A DNA stretch of 35,454 bases from Lentisphaeria bacterium (GTDB taxonomy: Bacteria > Verrucomicrobiota > Lentisphaeria > JABSQK01 > CAJWLW01): contig CAUZRT010000003.1 in the NCBI GenBank assembly GCA_963582235.1, forward strand, positions 1 through 35,454, given 5' to 3'. Position numbers and translations under genes: made by a program. How positions within the stretch are numbered: the stretch's first letter is position 1; every line of letters starts with the position of its first letter. Positions 1 to 10,166 of the stretch are shown one piece after another. Under the pieces are notes generated by a model. That model did not search any database, was not told the origin of the DNA, and saw only the letters and a list, made by a program, of their open reading frames with translations.

Positions 1-72
1 ATACAACCGGAACCTGCTTATCAGGTGGTTGTTAAACGGTCTGGCACCAATGCCAGAATGACGATCCGGGCA

Positions 73-883
73 TCAGGCCTGCTCGCTCGCCTCACTATCG
101 AGGTAATCTTTCTTATAATCGCGTTCTTTTCGGTTCCAGTAGAAATCGCGCGGTTTGTCGCGCTGGGCCGGTGGCGTGCCCACGGTTAAGATCAGGGCGC
201 GTCGCGGCTCGTCGGTTCGGTTGCCGGTGGTGTATAGTGCAAGGTTCGGGCGCTGTGCACCGTCGCCCCGCCGGCGGGCAGCGGACAGGCGATGGCCTGC
301 AATTCATCCATGGAGTTGGCGTCGACTTCCAGGGCGATGATATTCGGGTCGTTCTTCCACGAGTGGTGCCGATTAACCTTGCCGTGATGGCTCCCGGGGA
401 TAAACTGCATGCAGCCCATTTGCTCAGTCGTCTCCTGAAGGGCGAACCAGACGGACAGCTCCTGATAGATCTTGTCCTCTTCCCAGTAGGCTTCGTCCTG
501 ATGCCAGGGCGTGGGGCCGGTGGAGTGCGGGGGTTTGACGATCATGTGATCGCGTACGATCAGGTCTTGGCGCCTGTGCTGGTCCATCTCGAACAATTGT
601 TCGAGATGTCTAGCGCGGCCTGCCAGGCCGCCGACTGCGGTAGATCGGTGACGTGGTGCGAGGGGTGCAACAGTTGCGGCACCGAGCCTTTCTCCAATTC
701 GCTGTTGGGATCTTTGCCGGTCAGGTCGAAGTACAGCGGTTTGCCGCCGTCGGCCGGCGGCGTGAACAGCCGATCGAAGGTGTCACGCTGGCGCGCGATA
801 TCAGTGTCGTCGAGGATAGGCAGCAGGGCGACGAAACCCTGCTCATGATACGCGGCTTTTTGTTCGTTTGTTAGTTGGATTAT
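73..883 (-). pseudogene. Phytanoyl-CoA dioxygenase (PhyH) family Fe(II)/2OG dioxygenase, frameshifted
   Basis: ORF 192..596 has WHQDEAYW (HxD), MQFIPGSH and HSARTLHY. A typical N-terminus (LTNEQKAAYHEQGFV) lies in another frame upstream (874-600). A typical C-terminus (GNRTDEPRRALIL...EQA*, stop at 73-75) lies in another frame downstream. The expected start position reads ATA (881-883). Confidence 0.8.
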
Positions 884-1210
884 TCTGGAAAAACAGTTGT
901 CTGCGGATCACGCGGATGGGTTAGTATCTATGAAGAAAGGAGTTCTAGTTTTCCGCGTTGTGCAGGCATTTTCACCCAATGGGTGAATTGCCGTGGACGG
1001 TGCCCGCAGGTCTGATTTCACACTGATTACCGATAACTGATCATCACGTGATCCGTCGGCTTGACGGATGGTTGATCACTTGGTTCGCACACGGACGATA
1101 CGCTCGGCACGTCTGCAAAGATCGATAGCGTTCACGACACGGTTTCCACCACAGGCGGACCAGCCGTGGTTGGCACGACACGGGTTGCGCAGTCCGCAGC
1201 CAGAGAGAGA

Positions 1211-2056
1211 TTACCCCTGAAAATGATCTTCGAGGTATCCTTTGACCCAATGGACGGTGTCCGGAATCTTATCGAGCAAGGCCGCCGCCAGGATGGTGCA
1301 ACCAATAATCCGATCCTCTTTGATGTACTGTACTGCTTTATTGAATTGAAACTCCAGAAGCTTCCGGTGAATAGGTTGGCAGTCAACGTAGTCATAAAGA
1401 TAGAGACCAAGGAGGATGGGTTTGCCGGCAAAGACCTGCGGGCACTGGTCAATGTATTCGTCGAGCTTATCCAGATCCTGGTTCGGGTTACCAACCCAGA
1501 TGTTGACGATATCGACATACGGAACGTACTCGGCCAGACGGGGAAGCCCAAAGTGTTCCCCATAAAACACGCCGTAAAGGTCGAGAGCTGAATTGTGCTG
1601 TTTCAGCGTCTCGTATATGTTCTGCATCTGCGCCGGGGTTGCATGCCCGTGTTTGATGTAGTGTGGACTGAGATCGTCATTGATCGCGCCGACGACGTTG
1701 GAATACTCGGTCGACAGCCGGCTCACATTCTGCGCTTCGTCCCGCGAAACGTCGGCTGCTGTGCCCGTATCCTCGCCGATAAGCGTGTCGAAGTAGGCCT
1801 TTTGCGGTTTTTCCTCGCCTTCGATACTCACCGTTTTCAGGACTGGTCTTGACTTCGTGATGTCCAAGACGACTCGTTTAAAGTCCCGTAATCTATCAAG
1901 GGCAATTTCGTTGTTTTCGCCCCAGAGATACATGACATTTGGCGACTTGAAGAAACTGGCGGTGTCGCCCAATCCATAGATAGAGGGTCCCGGGTTTGGG
2001 TAGGCATAACCGATGACCCCGTCCCAAATCCAGATCTGGTCCATATTGGGTTCCAT
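1211..2056 (-). CDS. Hypothetical protein, possibly a TIM-barrel/glycoside-hydrolase-like fold
   Basis: 281-aa ORF with protein-like composition and alternating strand/helix patterns (VVGAINDD, LDLYGVFY, VDIVNIWV, PILLGLYLYDY). Family not recognised. Confidence 0.6.
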   Translation of the reverse strand: MEPNMDQIWIWDGVIGYAYPNPGPSIYGLGDTASFFKSPNVMYLWGENNEIALDRLRDFKRVVLDITKSRPVLKTVSIEGEEKPQKAYFDTLIGEDTGTAADVSRDEAQNVSRLSTEYSNVVGAINDDLSPHYIKHGHATPAQMQNIYETLKQHNSALDLYGVFYGEHFGLPRLAEYVPYVDIVNIWVGNPNQDLDKLDEYIDQCPQVFAGKPILLGLYLYDYVDCQPIHRKLLEFQFNKAVQYIKEDRIIGCTILAAALLDKIPDTVHWVKGYLEDHFQG

Positions 2057-2142
2057 GAGAGTCAGCCTTGCTCGTCAGTATTACTACCGGCAGAGCCGGT
2101 GGCTTGAGGAAGCCTGGAGTTTCAGGTGATAACCTATTTCAG

Positions 2143-3234
2143 TCACTGGAACCAACCGGTGATCTCGCCGATAGTCGCGGCCCACAGGTCCCATGTCCGA
2201 CTGTACGCATAGGCCCGGGCGGCTTCATTGTTGCCGGCGGGCGACCGCAGAATCTCCTTCAGACATGCGGCCAGCGCCTCGGCGTCACCAGCGGGGAAGG
2301 TGACGCCCAGGTTGTTTGCCGTCTCGCCGAGGACCGGATGATCGCTGTGCACAACCGGCGTCTGGCAGGCCATGGCTTCCAGTACCGGTAGGCCGAATCC
2401 TTCCTCGACGGATGGCATGACGAAGGCGGCAGCTTCGCCATAGAGAGCAGGGAGCAGACGGCGATCAATATAGCCGAGCCGCTTGATCGTGCCGCGGCCC
2501 TTGTATGCCTTGATCCGATCGACTACGTCGCGACATCGCCAGCCGACCCGACCGGCCAGAATAAGATTGACTTCATAGGCGGCCAGTTTATCGAATGCGG
2601 CTACGAGGGTTCCCAGGTCTTTCTTCGGTTCAATGTTGCCGACAAAAAGGATATACGGTTTGAGCTCGCGAATCGCATCGGGCAGCGGCGGCGGTGGCGT
2701 GTCCGCGAGAAAGATGTCATCAACACCGAGAGGCACAACATGCACTTTCGCCTGGCCGACGCAGCCAATACGAACGACTTCGTCGGCGACGCGGGTGGAG
2801 GAGGTGATGATGGTCTCGGCCCGCCTGATGCTGCCTGGCATCAATGTGCGCATGTGCAAGGCGTTCAATCGGTTGCATAAGAGGGGCCGACGCAAAGCGA
2901 TCGTATCGTGGACCTGCAGTGCATACGGCACCGGGCACTTCACCGGTGCCGTGTAAGCGAGGGCGAACAAACGATCACAGCCCAGGCGGCGCAGTCGACC
3001 GGGCAAAGCGGTCTGCTGCCAGAGTATTCGGCGTGAAACACGACGGAGCCCCGGCGGCAGGGCGGGAGCGCCGGTCTGCGCACGCCCTGCCGCGGCACGT
3101 ATTTCGGCATCGAGAGTGAAACAGACCAGTTGACCCGGAGAACAGTGACGCAGGAGAGCTATAATCTGATTCTTTACGGCATAATGAACGCCGCTGAGGG
3201 GTGGACGGATGACGGTACCATCAAGAGCAAGCAT
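2143..3234 (-). CDS. Glycosyltransferase family 4 (GT-B)
   Basis: FVGNIEPKKD and PSVEEGFGLPVLEAMAC (EX7E) motifs, plus VHD and VVPLGVD. Confidence 0.92.
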   Translation of the reverse strand: MLALDGTVIRPPLSGVHYAVKNQIIALLRHCSPGQLVCFTLDAEIRAAAGRAQTGAPALPPGLRRVSRRILWQQTALPGRLRRLGCDRLFALAYTAPVKCPVPYALQVHDTIALRRPLLCNRLNALHMRTLMPGSIRRAETIITSSTRVADEVVRIGCVGQAKVHVVPLGVDDIFLADTPPPPLPDAIRELKPYILFVGNIEPKKDLGTLVAAFDKLAAYEVNLILAGRVGWRCRDVVDRIKAYKGRGTIKRLGYIDRRLLPALYGEAAAFVMPSVEEGFGLPVLEAMACQTPVVHSDHPVLGETANNLGVTFPAGDAEALAACLKEILRSPAGNNEAARAYAYSRTWDLWAATIGEITGWFQ

Positions 3235-3280
3235 GGGAGGAATGGGGAATTCCTATACTGATCAAATTACCGACGACGCG

Positions 3281-4321
3281 TCAGTCCTTTCTGCCGATCG
3301 CCAGCATACGATCGATGGCGCCGCGGGCCCGCACGCGGATGTCCTCCGGCACGGTGATGACATATTGAATGTGACGGAGCGCGTCCAGCGTTTCTTCCAG
3401 CGTGATTTCGTTCATGTGCGGACAGCGAATACTGCAAATCCGAACCATCTCCTTATCCGGATTCTCCGCAATGATGTTGTCACCCATGCTGCATTCCGTC
3501 AATATCAGATAGCGGTCGGCATTGCTGTTCTGGACGTACTTGACCATGGCCGTCGTACTGCCGGAATAATCGGACGCCTCGACGACGTCCGGCGGACACT
3601 CGGGATGCGCGAGGACGACAACGTCCGGAAACTGCCTTCGCGCGTTGTCGATGTCATCGACGGTGAACTTCTCATGCACCTCACAGCGGCCATGCCAACC
3701 GATGAGCTCGTAGTCCAGCTCCGGGTCGGTCTTCGGTGTGTGTGTGGGGAAAATAATGTGTTTGCCGGTTTCGCGGGCAACGTTCTTTGCCAAATACTCA
3801 TCCGGAAGGAAAATGACGGTATCGGTGTCGAACGATTCAACGACCGCCCGGGCGTTGCTGGACGTACAGCAGATATCCGTTTCTGCTTTGACGTCGGCAT
3901 AGGTATTGATGTAGGTGACGACCGGCACCCCGGGATACTGTTCCTTCAAGTTGCGAACGTCATCGGCCGTGATGCTGGCGGCCAGGGAGCAGCCGGCCCG
4001 TTTCGCCGGCAGCAGCACGGTCTTTTCAGGGCAAAGTATCTTCGCCGTTTCCGCCATGAATCGAACGCCGCAGAAGACAATGATGTCTTTGTCCGTTGCC
4101 GCCGCCTGGCGGCTCAACTCGAGCGAATCCCCCGTGAAGTCGGGGACCGTGTGAAAAAGGGCAGGCTCCATGTAATTATGGCCGAGAATGACGGCATTGC
4201 GCTCTTTCTTGAGCGTATTGATCTCGGCGACCAGGTCTGCCTTGATGCGCAGCTCGAAATCGGGAATGATATCGCCGAGCTTCGCTTTCATTTTTTCATA
4301 GGTCTGTTGGACGGTACTCAT
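3281..4321 (-). CDS. nadA: Quinolinate synthase NadA
   Basis: ILGHNY, FCGVRFMAE, AGCSLA, YINT, CTSSNA, CEVHE, AHPEC and CPHMN motifs. Start placed at ATG 4321 (MSTVQQ). Confidence 0.96.
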   Translation of the reverse strand: MSTVQQTYEKMKAKLGDIIPDFELRIKADLVAEINTLKKERNAVILGHNYMEPALFHTVPDFTGDSLELSRQAAATDKDIIVFCGVRFMAETAKILCPEKTVLLPAKRAGCSLAASITADDVRNLKEQYPGVPVVTYINTYADVKAETDICCTSSNARAVVESFDTDTVIFLPDEYLAKNVARETGKHIIFPTHTPKTDPELDYELIGWHGRCEVHEKFTVDDIDNARRQFPDVVVLAHPECPPDVVEASDYSGSTTAMVKYVQNSNADRYLILTECSMGDNIIAENPDKEMVRICSIRCPHMNEITLEETLDALRHIQYVITVPEDIRVRARGAIDRMLAIGRKD

Positions 4322-4412
4322 GGGGTATCTTATCTGCAGGACCCGGATTCGATTGTTTTCGCGGACTCCGCAAAAACATATTGTCTTACGCATCCCGTTG
4401 ATTAACATATCG

Positions 4413-4437
4413 CGGTATGGTACTGTTGCCAATACCG
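4413..4437. promoter_or_regulatory. Imperfect palindrome between divergent nadA and cinA, candidate NrtR-like operator
   Basis: CGGTATGGTACTGTTGCCAATACCG contains TAT-G-GT-N7-CC-A-ATA, one mismatch from the GT-N7-AC core. Confidence 0.25.
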
Positions 4438-4585
4438 CTGCCCCGTGCACCGCCCCCGCCAGCGGCAGTGCCAAAGTCAATTCTCAGTGTATCCGTCTGC
4501 CGACGACGAATGATTCCGCTCGTCCTGCAACGGGCAGGCGCCGAAGCCACGACTGCGGGTTCCCTGAATTTTTACCGCATAAGAC

Positions 4586-5827
4586 GTGAATATTCAAGTC
4601 ATCAGCATAGGTACGGAAATCCTCCTCGGGTCGACAGTAAACACAAATCTGACTTACATCGGCACGGTCCTTGACGACTGCGGCCTGGCAATCGATCGCG
4701 AAGTCTGTATCCCCGATATCCGCGCGGCCATCGAAACGGCGGTGGCCTCGGCGCTCTCCGCCGCAGATGTCGTATTCACGGTCGGCGGGCTGGGACCGAC
4801 AGTGGACGACATTACCCGCGATGTCGTTGCCGAGGCGCTTGAAATGCCGCTCGAATACAACGAAACGGAAGCGCTCCGCATTCGTTCGTACTTCGATAAA
4901 CGCAACATCGAGATGAACGAATCCATGCTGCGTCAGGCGTATGTGCCCGTCGGTGCCGACGTTGTGCCGAACGACTACGGGACGGCGTCGGGTCTGTGGT
5001 GCAAGCGGGGCGGCCGGCATGTTATCATGCTGCCGGGACCGCCGCGCGAACTGAAACCGATGGTGAGCAACCACGTGATGCCGCGGCTGACGTCGATCTT
5101 TCCGCCGGAGATTGCGAGACTCACCATATCGGTCTGCGGCATTCCGGAATCGTCACTCGAGGAGCAGGTGAACCGCATTCTGCTGGACTTCCCGGATGTC
5201 GAGCCGGCCTACTGCGTCAAACGCGACAAGACGGATGTCCGACTGACGGCAAGGGAGACGGAAAAGACCGTTCTGCAGAATGCCGTGGCGGCAGTCCGCC
5301 TTGCCTTCGACGATCAGGTCATCGATGACGACGGCGGCCTGGTTGCCGCCATCTGTCGTCTTTTACGCGAACTCTCATGGTCGCTGGCGACTGCGGAATC
5401 ATGCACTGGCGGCGGCATCGGGACCTACATCACCGATCTGGCAGGCGTCTCCGACGTGTTCGCGGGTTCGTTGGTGACCTACTCGAATGAACTCAAGACG
5501 CAACTCCTGGGGGTTCGTGCGGAAACGCTGGCGTCGTTCGGCGCCGTCAGTGCGGAGACCGCCGCAGAAATGGTGACCGGCCTGGCATCGCGGCTCAATG
5601 TCGAAGCCGGAATCGCCGTTACCGGCATTGCCGGCCCAACCGGCGGGACGCCGGAAAAGCCGGTCGGCCTCGTGTATGTGGCGACCTATGCGGACGGCGA
5701 TGTGTGGACTTCCGAGCAGATGTTTCCGGTGGACCGCCAACGGATGCGCGATCGCACGGTGATCAGTGCCTTGAATCAGTTGCGCCGCCATTTGCGTCGA
5801 CTGGTGTCGAAAAAATCCGGGAAATAA
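4586..5827 (+). CDS. cinA: CinA family protein (MoCF-like domain plus PncC NMN deamidase domain)
   Basis: IGTEILLG, GGLGPTVDDIT, LPGPPRE, AESCTGG, GAVS and TGIAGPTGG motifs. Lies directly upstream of recA. Confidence 0.95.
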   Translation: MNIQVISIGTEILLGSTVNTNLTYIGTVLDDCGLAIDREVCIPDIRAAIETAVASALSAADVVFTVGGLGPTVDDITRDVVAEALEMPLEYNETEALRIRSYFDKRNIEMNESMLRQAYVPVGADVVPNDYGTASGLWCKRGGRHVIMLPGPPRELKPMVSNHVMPRLTSIFPPEIARLTISVCGIPESSLEEQVNRILLDFPDVEPAYCVKRDKTDVRLTARETEKTVLQNAVAAVRLAFDDQVIDDDGGLVAAICRLLRELSWSLATAESCTGGGIGTYITDLAGVSDVFAGSLVTYSNELKTQLLGVRAETLASFGAVSAETAAEMVTGLASRLNVEAGIAVTGIAGPTGGTPEKPVGLVYVATYADGDVWTSEQMFPVDRQRMRDRTVISALNQLRRHLRRLVSKKSGK

Positions 5828-5931
5828 AACCGTGTCACGTTTGATGAACGGGGCATAGCAGTGTAAGCTGTCAGGAACAAATTGTCCCGCTTTTAACCGT
5901 TTATCCAGGCTTGACTCAAGGATCGATGCAA

Positions 5932-7023
5932 ATGGCCAAAGCTAACAACTCAAAATCACCGCAGAACGAACGCGACCGGAATCTCGATGTGGCGCTGGCA
6001 CAGATCGAACGAGAGTTTGGTGAGGGAACGATCATGCGCCTCGGCGACGGCTTCCGCAAGGACGTGTCGACCATCAGCACGGGCGCTTTGTCGCTCGACA
6101 TGGCGCTTGGCATCGGCGGCATGCCGCGCGGGCGCATCGTCGAAATCTACGGCCCCGAATCCTCAGGTAAGACGACCGTCTGTCTGCATGCGATTGCCAA
6201 CGCCCAGAATGCCGGCGGCATGTGCGCTTTTATCGACACCGAGCACGCCCTCGATCCGCAGTACGCCAACGTGATCGGGGTGAACACGCGCGAACTCTTG
6301 GTTTCGCAGCCGGACTGCGGTGAAGATGCTCTCAACATTACTGAAACGCTGGTACGCAGCAATTCGCTTGATGTCCTGGTTATCGACTCGGTCGCGGCGC
6401 TCGTACCCCGGGCCGAAATCGAAGGGCAGATGGGCGATATCCATGTTGGGCTGCAGGCTCGGCTGATGTCCCAGGCCCTGCGCAAACTGACCGGTGCCAT
6501 CGGCAAAAGCAAAACCTGCGTCATATTCACCAATCAGATTCGCGAGAAGATCGGCGTCATGTTCGGCAATCCCGAAACGACGACGGGCGGTAATGCACTG
6601 AAGTTTTACAGCTCAATCCGCCTGGATATTCGGCGGTCGGAAGCGATCAAGTCATCGATGGGCGAAATCATCGGTAATCGCGTCCGCGTAAAAGTGGTCA
6701 AGAATAAACTGGCACCGCCCTTCAGGAAGGCTGAGTTCGACATCATGTATGCCGAGGGGGTTTCCCGCTCCGGTTCCATTCTGGATGTGGCCGGCGAATT
6801 AAAGGTGATCGAGAAGCGCGGCTCCTGGTTCTCGTTTGGGTCCGAACAGCTCGGCCAGGGACGGGAACAGGCCAAGGACGCGATCAAAGAAGACGCGGAG
6901 TTGCAGGATCGCATTCTAGCCGCCATCCGGGAAAAGATGTCACCCGTCAAAGACGAGAACGCCGGTGCGGGTGCGGAAGACGCCAAGGCACACAAGCCCG
7001 AGGTCGTTGCGGTAAAGGCATAA
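5932..7023 (+). CDS. recA: Recombinase RecA
   Basis: [36 protein letters not shown] and KVVKNK motifs. Confidence 0.99.
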   Translation: MAKANNSKSPQNERDRNLDVALAQIEREFGEGTIMRLGDGFRKDVSTISTGALSLDMALGIGGMPRGRIVEIYGPESSGKTTVCLHAIANAQNAGGMCAFIDTEHALDPQYANVIGVNTRELLVSQPDCGEDALNITETLVRSNSLDVLVIDSVAALVPRAEIEGQMGDIHVGLQARLMSQALRKLTGAIGKSKTCVIFTNQIREKIGVMFGNPETTTGGNALKFYSSIRLDIRRSEAIKSSMGEIIGNRVRVKVVKNKLAPPFRKAEFDIMYAEGVSRSGSILDVAGELKVIEKRGSWFSFGSEQLGQGREQAKDAIKEDAELQDRILAAIREKMSPVKDENAGAGAEDAKAHKPEVVAVKA

Positions 7024-7127
7024 GACATTCCGCTTGGCGCACCCTATTTCCCACGGCCCGGTACGGCGCATCGCCGCCCCCAGCGATTCGTCCGCATTCT
7101 CACCGCTCCTTTCCATACGAAGAGCGC

Positions 7128-8360
7128 ATGCAGAAATTAAACGTTGCCTCTCTGCTGCTGTTTCTCAGCGTCGCGGCTCTGAGCATTTTCGGTCTCGTGA
7201 TGCTTTACTCGACCTCCGGTGCGATCCATGGCGAACGCCTGCTGATCAAGCAATCCATCTGGATCGGCCTGGGCGTCGCCGGCGCCCTGCTCCTTTACTG
7301 TCTGGACTATCGCCGGATCGGGCGATTCAGCGGCTGGCTCCTGCTGGTGGTAAGCTTGCCACTGGTGTATCTGGCACTGATGCACCTGCTGGCCCGGGCC
7401 GGGATGCCGGACGCCATCCTGTCACAGTTCCCGCTCGCCAGTAAAGGCGCAACTAAAGGTGCCTATCGCTGGCTCTACTTTGGCAGCTTCACGGTGCAGC
7501 CGTCGGAATTCGCCAAGCTGGCGATCATCATCTTTCTGGCGCATTATTACGGCAAGTATCCGCGTTCAGTCCAGAGTTTCAAGCGCGGCGTATGGCAACC
7601 CATGTTGGTTGTCGGATCGGTCCTTGTCGCGATTCTGCTCGGCGGCAGCCTGAGCGTGACAATGATCACCGGTATGGTCGTACTCGGGTTGCTGTTTGTC
7701 GCCGGTGTCCGCTTACGATATTTGGTGTTGCCGCTGCTAGCCGGTGCGCTGCTGTTCTTGATCGCGTTGCTGGTGAGCCCCGAGCGCGTTTCCCGAATCA
7801 CGTCGTATCGCAACCCCGAGGCGTTCAAGGCGGACAAAGGTTATCAGCTCTACTGCTCGCAATTGGCCCTCGGATCGGGATTCTGGCGCGGCATTGGTTT
7901 CAATCAGAGCCGGATGAAACAGCGGTATCTGCCAGAATCGCACACTGATTTCATTTTGTCGATCGTCGGTGAGGAACTCGGTTTCGCCGCCGCGGTCGGT
8001 GTGATGTTGCTGTATATGATGCTGATCTCGGCGGCGCTGATGATCAGTATCTACGCCATGGATCGCGAGGGCATGCTGCTGGCGGCCGGCATCGGGATTT
8101 CTATCGGACTCCACGCCTTCATTCACCTCGGTGTCGTCAGCGGCTTCGTGCCGACCACCGGTATCACGGCGCCCTTGATCAGCTACGGCGGTTCGCATAT
8201 GCTCATGACCTGGGCCGGCATCGGGTTTCTTTTGAACATCACGCGGGTCCGCCGGATTACGCCGGATCCGCAACCCGAGTCGGCACAAAGGAAACAATGC
8301 GCGGGTATGACGACCGGTCGCGGGCGATGCGTCCTCAATCACCCGTTTGCGACGCGCTAG
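7128..8360 (+). CDS. ftsW: SEDS family peptidoglycan polymerase (FtsW/RodA)
   Basis: Multi-TM protein with RW...QPSEFAK, GYQ, LPESHTDFI, GEELG and PLISYGGS. The ftsW versus rodA assignment is tentative. Confidence 0.85.
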   Translation: MQKLNVASLLLFLSVAALSIFGLVMLYSTSGAIHGERLLIKQSIWIGLGVAGALLLYCLDYRRIGRFSGWLLLVVSLPLVYLALMHLLARAGMPDAILSQFPLASKGATKGAYRWLYFGSFTVQPSEFAKLAIIIFLAHYYGKYPRSVQSFKRGVWQPMLVVGSVLVAILLGGSLSVTMITGMVVLGLLFVAGVRLRYLVLPLLAGALLFLIALLVSPERVSRITSYRNPEAFKADKGYQLYCSQLALGSGFWRGIGFNQSRMKQRYLPESHTDFILSIVGEELGFAAAVGVMLLYMMLISAALMISIYAMDREGMLLAAGIGISIGLHAFIHLGVVSGFVPTTGITAPLISYGGSHMLMTWAGIGFLLNITRVRRITPDPQPESAQRKQCAGMTTGRGRCVLNHPFATR

Positions 8361-8364
8361 TTAG

Positions 8365-8973
8365 ATGGAAGTTATTGCAAACTATCTCGAGCCGGTTCAG
8401 GTGGGGATCTATATCTGCTTCGGGCTGGTGTACTGCTTTTTAGGGTACCATTTTCTACGATTCCTCCTGGTCGTCTTCGGGTGTTTCTTTGGGCTACTGC
8501 TGGCCGACGTGATAGCCGGGCTGTTCTTTCCGGAAAACATCCTCGCATTCGTCTGTATCGGCATCGTTGCCATGATCATCGGCGGTTTCCTGTTCAAACT
8601 TCTGTACCGGCTGGCCGTCTTCCTGATCGGGTTCATATGCGGCGCCTTTCTGGCGCCGCCGGTTCTATCGCTTAGTTCCATACCGGCGACGAGTGCCGCC
8701 GGTTACATGATCATATTGCTGTTGTGCCTGGTTGCCGGCTTTATCGCCCTCAATCTGCAGAAGACGCTTCTGATTTTCTTTACCTCCGCCACTGGTGCGA
8801 TAATTATTGTCATGGGCGGCCGCCTCGTCATCACGAGAGAGTTCGACTTGACGCCATCCATCCTGGCCAATGCCTACGAAAAAACAATGACCGGCATGTG
8901 GTGGCTGGTGATACTGCTGATGCTTGCGGGCGTTTTTTATCAACATCGTCTGCGGCGCCCGGCGGAGGAGTGA
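8365..8973 (+). CDS. Integral membrane protein, DUF4203/TMEM198-like
   Basis: About 7 hydrophobic segments, GLVYCFLGY near the N-terminus, TSATGA, and a C-terminal G-x-x-YQ. Confidence 0.7.
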   Translation: MEVIANYLEPVQVGIYICFGLVYCFLGYHFLRFLLVVFGCFFGLLLADVIAGLFFPENILAFVCIGIVAMIIGGFLFKLLYRLAVFLIGFICGAFLAPPVLSLSSIPATSAAGYMIILLLCLVAGFIALNLQKTLLIFFTSATGAIIIVMGGRLVITREFDLTPSILANAYEKTMTGMWWLVILLMLAGVFYQHRLRRPAEE

Positions 8974-8999
8974 ATGAGGGCAGGAGAGTCGCGGCGCAA

Positions 9000-10016
9000 T
9001 CAGACAACCTCGGGCCGCCTGAATTTGTAGGTTATGAAGAAGAATCCCCCGGTCAGACTGACGCTGGCGATGACGATGCTTAACATAACCGGAATGATGT
9101 TGGCCTTCGCCGCATCGGCGCCGGCAGCGTCTAAGAACGCTGATAGGACAAAGTCGCGACTGCCCAGGCCGGCAGGCGTCAGGGGAATGGATGCGATGGT
9201 GTTGGCAACTAGTGTCGCCAAAAAGTATTGAGGAAGGGCAACCGTCTCCTCGCGAAAACTTTTGCCGATAACAAAAACGCTGGCGGCAAATACTGAATGG
9301 GTGCCGACCGAAAGCAGCACTGCCACGGCAACAACGCCGGACTTCCGGCGATAGAGATTGAGGGCCGTTGACAGACGGCCGACGACGTTGGTGATGCGCG
9401 CCGGTAAATGCCGGGCGCCGGCTGTTATTGCATGGCGAACGCCTGGCAGCCCTTCGAGTCGCTCGCGGAATCGGACGGCCAGGATCGCCATCATGCCGGC
9501 AATGCTGCCGCTGGCAACAATGACGGTCGCCAACTGGATCGTCGCCGACGCATCCAGTAAAAACCGAAGCGACAGGAGTACCGACAACAGAGCGACGATA
9601 AAGAGCCCGAAAATGCCGAAGATGCGGTCAAGCATAATGGTAAGCATAGCCTCACCCATTCTACCGCGCACATGCGGTGTCAGGAATGCCATCTTCACCA
9701 GATCGCCGCTGACGGTGCCGGGAATCGCGAGGCTGAAGAAGATCCCGATCATCGTCAAGCTGATCACCTCGCGTGCCGGTAGATCAATTCCCTGAACCTT
9801 GAGCAGCAGATGCCATCGATATGCGGCGGTGCCGATGACTAGGAAGTAAGCGCCAAAGGGAATCGCCAGCAGGGGTAGGATGCACCGACGCAGTTCGGCA
9901 GCGAAATCAACGTCATTTCGCGACAGGACGAAGTAAATGAGAAAGGCCGCCAGCGTGATACCGACGGTAGCCCGAAGAGCGGTAACGGTCAGGGATCTCA
10001 GACGGTGAGCTGCCAT
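9000..10016 (-). CDS. Lysylphosphatidylglycerol synthase TM / flippase-like (UPF0104) protein
   Basis: RWHLLL, PGTVSGDLVK, LDRIFG and IPLTPAGLGSRD motifs. Confidence 0.88.
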   Translation of the reverse strand: MAAHRLRSLTVTALRATVGITLAAFLIYFVLSRNDVDFAAELRRCILPLLAIPFGAYFLVIGTAAYRWHLLLKVQGIDLPAREVISLTMIGIFFSLAIPGTVSGDLVKMAFLTPHVRGRMGEAMLTIMLDRIFGIFGLFIVALLSVLLSLRFLLDASATIQLATVIVASGSIAGMMAILAVRFRERLEGLPGVRHAITAGARHLPARITNVVGRLSTALNLYRRKSGVVAVAVLLSVGTHSVFAASVFVIGKSFREETVALPQYFLATLVANTIASIPLTPAGLGSRDFVLSAFLDAAGADAAKANIIPVMLSIVIASVSLTGGFFFITYKFRRPEVV

Positions 10017-10103
10017 GCGGCTATATGACCCCAGGCACGGGCGGCAGTTCGAAGATTATGCTTGTCAACAGTGTGTTGTGACCTGATCATGACAGATGCC
10101 ACA

Positions 10104-10166
10104 CAAAAAAAATTATGAAATTTTTTCCCGGTCAGTATTGCAATGAAACTAGGGTCACTCTATAAT
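10104..10166 (+). promoter_or_regulatory. sigma70-type promoter with upstream A/T tracts (UP-element-like)
   Basis: TTGCAA (10138-10143), a 17-bp spacer and TATAAT (10161-10166), preceded by AAAAAAAATTATGAAATTTTTT in an otherwise GC-rich sequence. Confidence 0.75.

Noticed and set aside
3209-4405. Long antisense ORFs (3209..4405 +, and similarly 15338..16501 -, 20259..21314 +, 29015..29866 -, 34299..35267 +)
   Set aside because: They are shadows of well-supported genes on the opposite strand, as expected with GC-rich codon usage, and carry no motifs.
5828-5931. LexA/SOS box upstream of recA
   Set aside because: Only half-sites (GAACA, GAACG) are present. There is no complete TGTTC-N4-GAACA, GAAC-N4-GTTC or CTGT-N8-ACAG.
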